Below are positions 61,590 to 64,000 of a stretch of DNA of 64,000 nucleotides, piece after piece. The position numbers were made by a program, and so were the translations under genes. Below the pieces are notes generated by a model that saw only the letters and a list, made by a program, of their open reading frames with translations, made no database searches and was not told the origin of the DNA. Location: positions 2,528,001 to 2,592,000 of the forward strand of contig AP038806.1 of assembly GCA_047150005.1 (NCBI GenBank), given 5' to 3'. How positions within the stretch are numbered: position 1 is the first letter of the stretch; every line of letters begins with the position of its first letter. The stretch is from Nitrospira sp. (lineage in GTDB: Bacteria > Nitrospirota > Nitrospiria > Nitrospirales > Nitrospiraceae).

Positions 61590-62726
61590 ATCGGCACCAG
61601 TCTGGTTCGCCTGAGCACTGGCGTGCACCAGATAGATCTGTGACGCATTGCAATCCGCGCGAACGCATAGTTGGGGTATGGAATCCGCACGACTTCCCTT
61701 GAACCGGAGTGCGGCGGATGCCTGTCCATGTGCATCCGCGATTGACTGCCCCGCAGCCACGGCGTCATAAAATACCTCGTAGAACCGGATAGCTTCAACG
61801 TCCTCAATATCGTCCTTCACGCCAAGCGTGCAGGATACGACTTCAGACACTCGGAGCGCGCAGGCATACGACCTGCATGTATCAACGATTACTAGCTGAA
61901 CATCGCGGCCTAGCGAACTCAACAGACCTGCTAGTGCCTCGTCGGGTACGACGATCTCACCGCCACTCGCCGATCTAAAGAGGACGTCCCCTCCGTTCTG
62001 ATTCCCGGCGATGTGTACAACCTGGGGCCGGTAGGCGTTCAATTTTGAGAATAGATTCACCTCCGTGACGTCGAACTCCGGTTTCAGTTCGAATTGACTA
62101 GCAAAACGGGACCGCGTTAGAACCATGGCGAGCGTCTTGTACTGCCCCTCCAGATCTAGGCCTCGACCCACATCACATGCCAGAAACTGGCAGCGCACAG
62201 GGCCGGATCGATTAGGAGCCGGACTCCTGGGCGTCAGTTGACTACTCGAATCCGGCGGCCAAGTCGGGCGGGTCGTCACGACCCGTTGGGCTGCTGGCAA
62301 ACCGACTTTAGCCGCACGCATGCCTGCGAGCAGAACCCGCCGCGCCTCATCCTGGGACTTCCCGACGAGGTCAACGTAGACGAGATCGCGAAACTGATCA
62401 GGGATGTCACAGGGTTCGATTCGCACAGGCACAACACGCCGCTTTTGCCCGAGCGGATCCTTAGCCACGGCGGAGTGCATTTCCAGAGAGGCAAACTGCG
62501 ACTTGAAATAGGCGCTCGAAAGCACGGCCACAAGCTGGCTGGCATTCTGCAACCACTGCCGCATGCCCTGCACGAAGCGGCTTCCCGGTGGAAAGTGCTC
62601 GACCTGCATCCTGTACGTAAACCCCCCTCTCTCGAGCTCCCAGGCGATCCATTTCGCCCACGGTTCATCTGACGCTGTGTAACTTATGAAGAAGTCAACG
62701 CTTTGCTGGCCTTCGATCAGTGCCAT
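61584..62726 (-). CDS. TIR-domain plus CHAT (caspase-like) fusion protein
   Basis: DFFISY...WA.WIAW.LE, S.FASLE TIR motifs; RPQVVHIAGN...VIVDTC...AIRFYEVFY CHAT-like region. Confidence 0.85.
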   Translation of the reverse strand: MALIEGQQSVDFFISYTASDEPWAKWIAWELERGGFTYRMQVEHFPPGSRFVQGMRQWLQNASQLVAVLSSAYFKSQFASLEMHSAVAKDPLGQKRRVVPVRIEPCDIPDQFRDLVYVDLVGKSQDEARRVLLAGMRAAKVGLPAAQRVVTTRPTWPPDSSSQLTPRSPAPNRSGPVRCQFLACDVGRGLDLEGQYKTLAMVLTRSRFASQFELKPEFDVTEVNLFSKLNAYRPQVVHIAGNQNGGDVLFRSASGGEIVVPDEALAGLLSSLGRDVQLVIVDTCRSYACALRVSEVVSCTLGVKDDIEDVEAIRFYEVFYDAVAAGQSIADAHGQASAALRFKGSRADSIPQLCVRADCNASQIYLVHASAQANQTGADV

Positions 62727-62756
62727 TTCAGTGTCTCCCTGCGTTTCCTTCTGAGT

Positions 62757-62836
62757 GTCTAGTAGTAGGCATCACCTGCTGCCGGCAGACCAGCAGCGCG
62801 AGCCTGTAGCCGGTCAGATGCCTGCACTTGTTAGGC
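62757..62836 (-). other. attC-like site with degenerate R' core
   Basis: Minus strand GCCTAAC-aagtgc-AGGCATCTGACCGGC...GCCGGCAGCAGGTGATGCCT-ACTAGAC. Confidence 0.6.
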
Positions 62837-62877
62837 AAAGCCTTTCACTGCACGGATATGTTGCGCACTGTCGTCCG

Positions 62878-63834
62878 TTATCCCGGCAGCACATCCAGTT
62901 TCTTCGCGAACAAGGCAGTCACTAGCCCGAATCCCTTCTCTGTGGGATGCAGCTCGTTGGCCCAGAATTGCTTGTAGTTGTCATTTGTCGAGAGCGTGCT
63001 TCGCAGGTTTACATAGGTGACATGGCTGAATTCCGGCAGTGCCGCAACCTGAGCAAGCATCGTATTGAGGCGGTCGATCAGCTCTTTCGCAATAGCCTTG
63101 CGGACGCTCATGACATCAAAGCCCTTCTCGCGAAATCCGGGTTCAAGCCAGGGACCTGGCAATAACCACCATCCGCCGAGAAAACCGCGTCCGTCCGGTA
63201 CCGGGTAATCATAGCCGTGAACCAGGATCGGGATGGGGCGCTGCAGCCAGCGGCGGCAAATCTGTGTTAGCGCGGCCAGGATCGTGACATATGCGATACG
63301 GATCCGCTGATCGATCACACCGGCAACAATCTGCTCATTCAGACCAGCCACAGCAGATGCCGCATGATTCAGTAGCATTCCGAACTCCGGCCCCGCAACG
63401 TCATTCCCGCCGCCTGAGAGTAGAATGGCCTTCGGGACACGGTTTTGGCGAAGCAGTTTCTCGAGCCGGCGAGAAAACTCTTCGAGTTGACCGTCGGCGT
63501 ATGCCATCTCCTCGACGCGGTCACCTTTGTGCGCCACCGACTCAACGTCGTAGCCATAGTCATCCTCAAGCAACCCAAGGACATCAGTCCAAGGATAGTC
63601 GAACCACGAATCGCCCTCCGCGAGGATGAGACCGGCCGAGCCGACGGCAGTCCTTAAGACTTTGGGAACACTGATCGCCTCCATCACCCGCTCGCGTGCC
63701 GGACGCCGCCTGGCAGCACGTTTCGCGATGGCACGCGTCCGAGTTCGCAGCGCCTCTATCCGGACTCCAATGATGATGTTTGCCGACCGACGACCGATTT
63801 CAAGCGCGCGTCGGGTAGCCTTGTCCTTCGCCAT
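62878..63834 (-). CDS. SGNH/GDSL hydrolase family protein
   Basis: AEGDSWF block I, SGGGND block III, NELHPT block V; GGAGG RBS. Confidence 0.88.
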   Translation of the reverse strand: MAKDKATRRALEIGRRSANIIIGVRIEALRTRTRAIAKRAARRRPARERVMEAISVPKVLRTAVGSAGLILAEGDSWFDYPWTDVLGLLEDDYGYDVESVAHKGDRVEEMAYADGQLEEFSRRLEKLLRQNRVPKAILLSGGGNDVAGPEFGMLLNHAASAVAGLNEQIVAGVIDQRIRIAYVTILAALTQICRRWLQRPIPILVHGYDYPVPDGRGFLGGWWLLPGPWLEPGFREKGFDVMSVRKAIAKELIDRLNTMLAQVAALPEFSHVTYVNLRSTLSTNDNYKQFWANELHPTEKGFGLVTALFAKKLDVLPG

Positions 63835-63857
63835 GCCGATCCTCCATTGGTTAGTAG

Positions 63858-64000
63858 TCAGCGCGACGGACGGTTCAGGTTCAGGTTTAGGTCGAGCTGA
63901 CGCATCGGATCACCGTAGTGCTGGTACGCGGCCCAGGAGGGACCAAAAGTTTCGCGGTCATCATAAAGCTTCTTTCGGGCTTCCTGGACGGCCTTTCCGA
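63858..64000 (-). CDS. C-terminus of a CHAT-domain protein (5' beyond window)
   Basis: Hand translation GKAVQEARKKLYDDRETFGPSWAAYQHYGDP...*, typical CHAT C-terminal motif; not in ORF track. Confidence 0.75.
   Translation of the reverse strand, partial: GKAVQEARKKLYDDRETFGPSWAAYQHYGDPMRQLDLNLNLNRPSR

Noticed and set aside
63975..64000. Possible third family A repeat end (CTGGACGGCCTTT)
   Set aside because: Better explained as minus-strand CHAT coding sequence

Overview
GC-rich bacterial chromosome segment; gene order and protein style suggest a Nitrospira-like genome (inference, not searched). 1-31.6 kb is housekeeping: murA end, hisGDB, rnhC, an M48 peptidase, rnpB, ilvBNC-psd-pssA, leuA-cupin-leuB-NHL-asd behind a complete Leu T-box riboswitch, spoIID-queA, mreBCD-mrdA-rodA-rng, dprA-topA. 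31.7-42 kb is an iron/redox block: two complementary bacterioferritins, a di-haem CcP/MauG-family lipoprotein, a Com-like zinc finger-porin-lipoprotein-FMN_bind-membrane protein operon facing apbE, exbBD and fur, with candidate Fur boxes. 42-58.7 kb holds a Panacea-like protein, an M32 peptidase, sugE, a CzcCBA-type efflux system with two-component regulators, a DMT transporter and phoD. 58.7-64 kb is an accessory hotspot: two MITE-like repeat families, a 276-bp diverged duplicate of a gene's 3' end bracketing a two-gene cargo, and an integron-like attC cassette array carrying a TIR-CHAT fusion and a CHAT plus SGNH-hydrolase pair (candidate defence module running off the window end). Start codons were adjusted by eye using RBS and overlap; no database searches were run.
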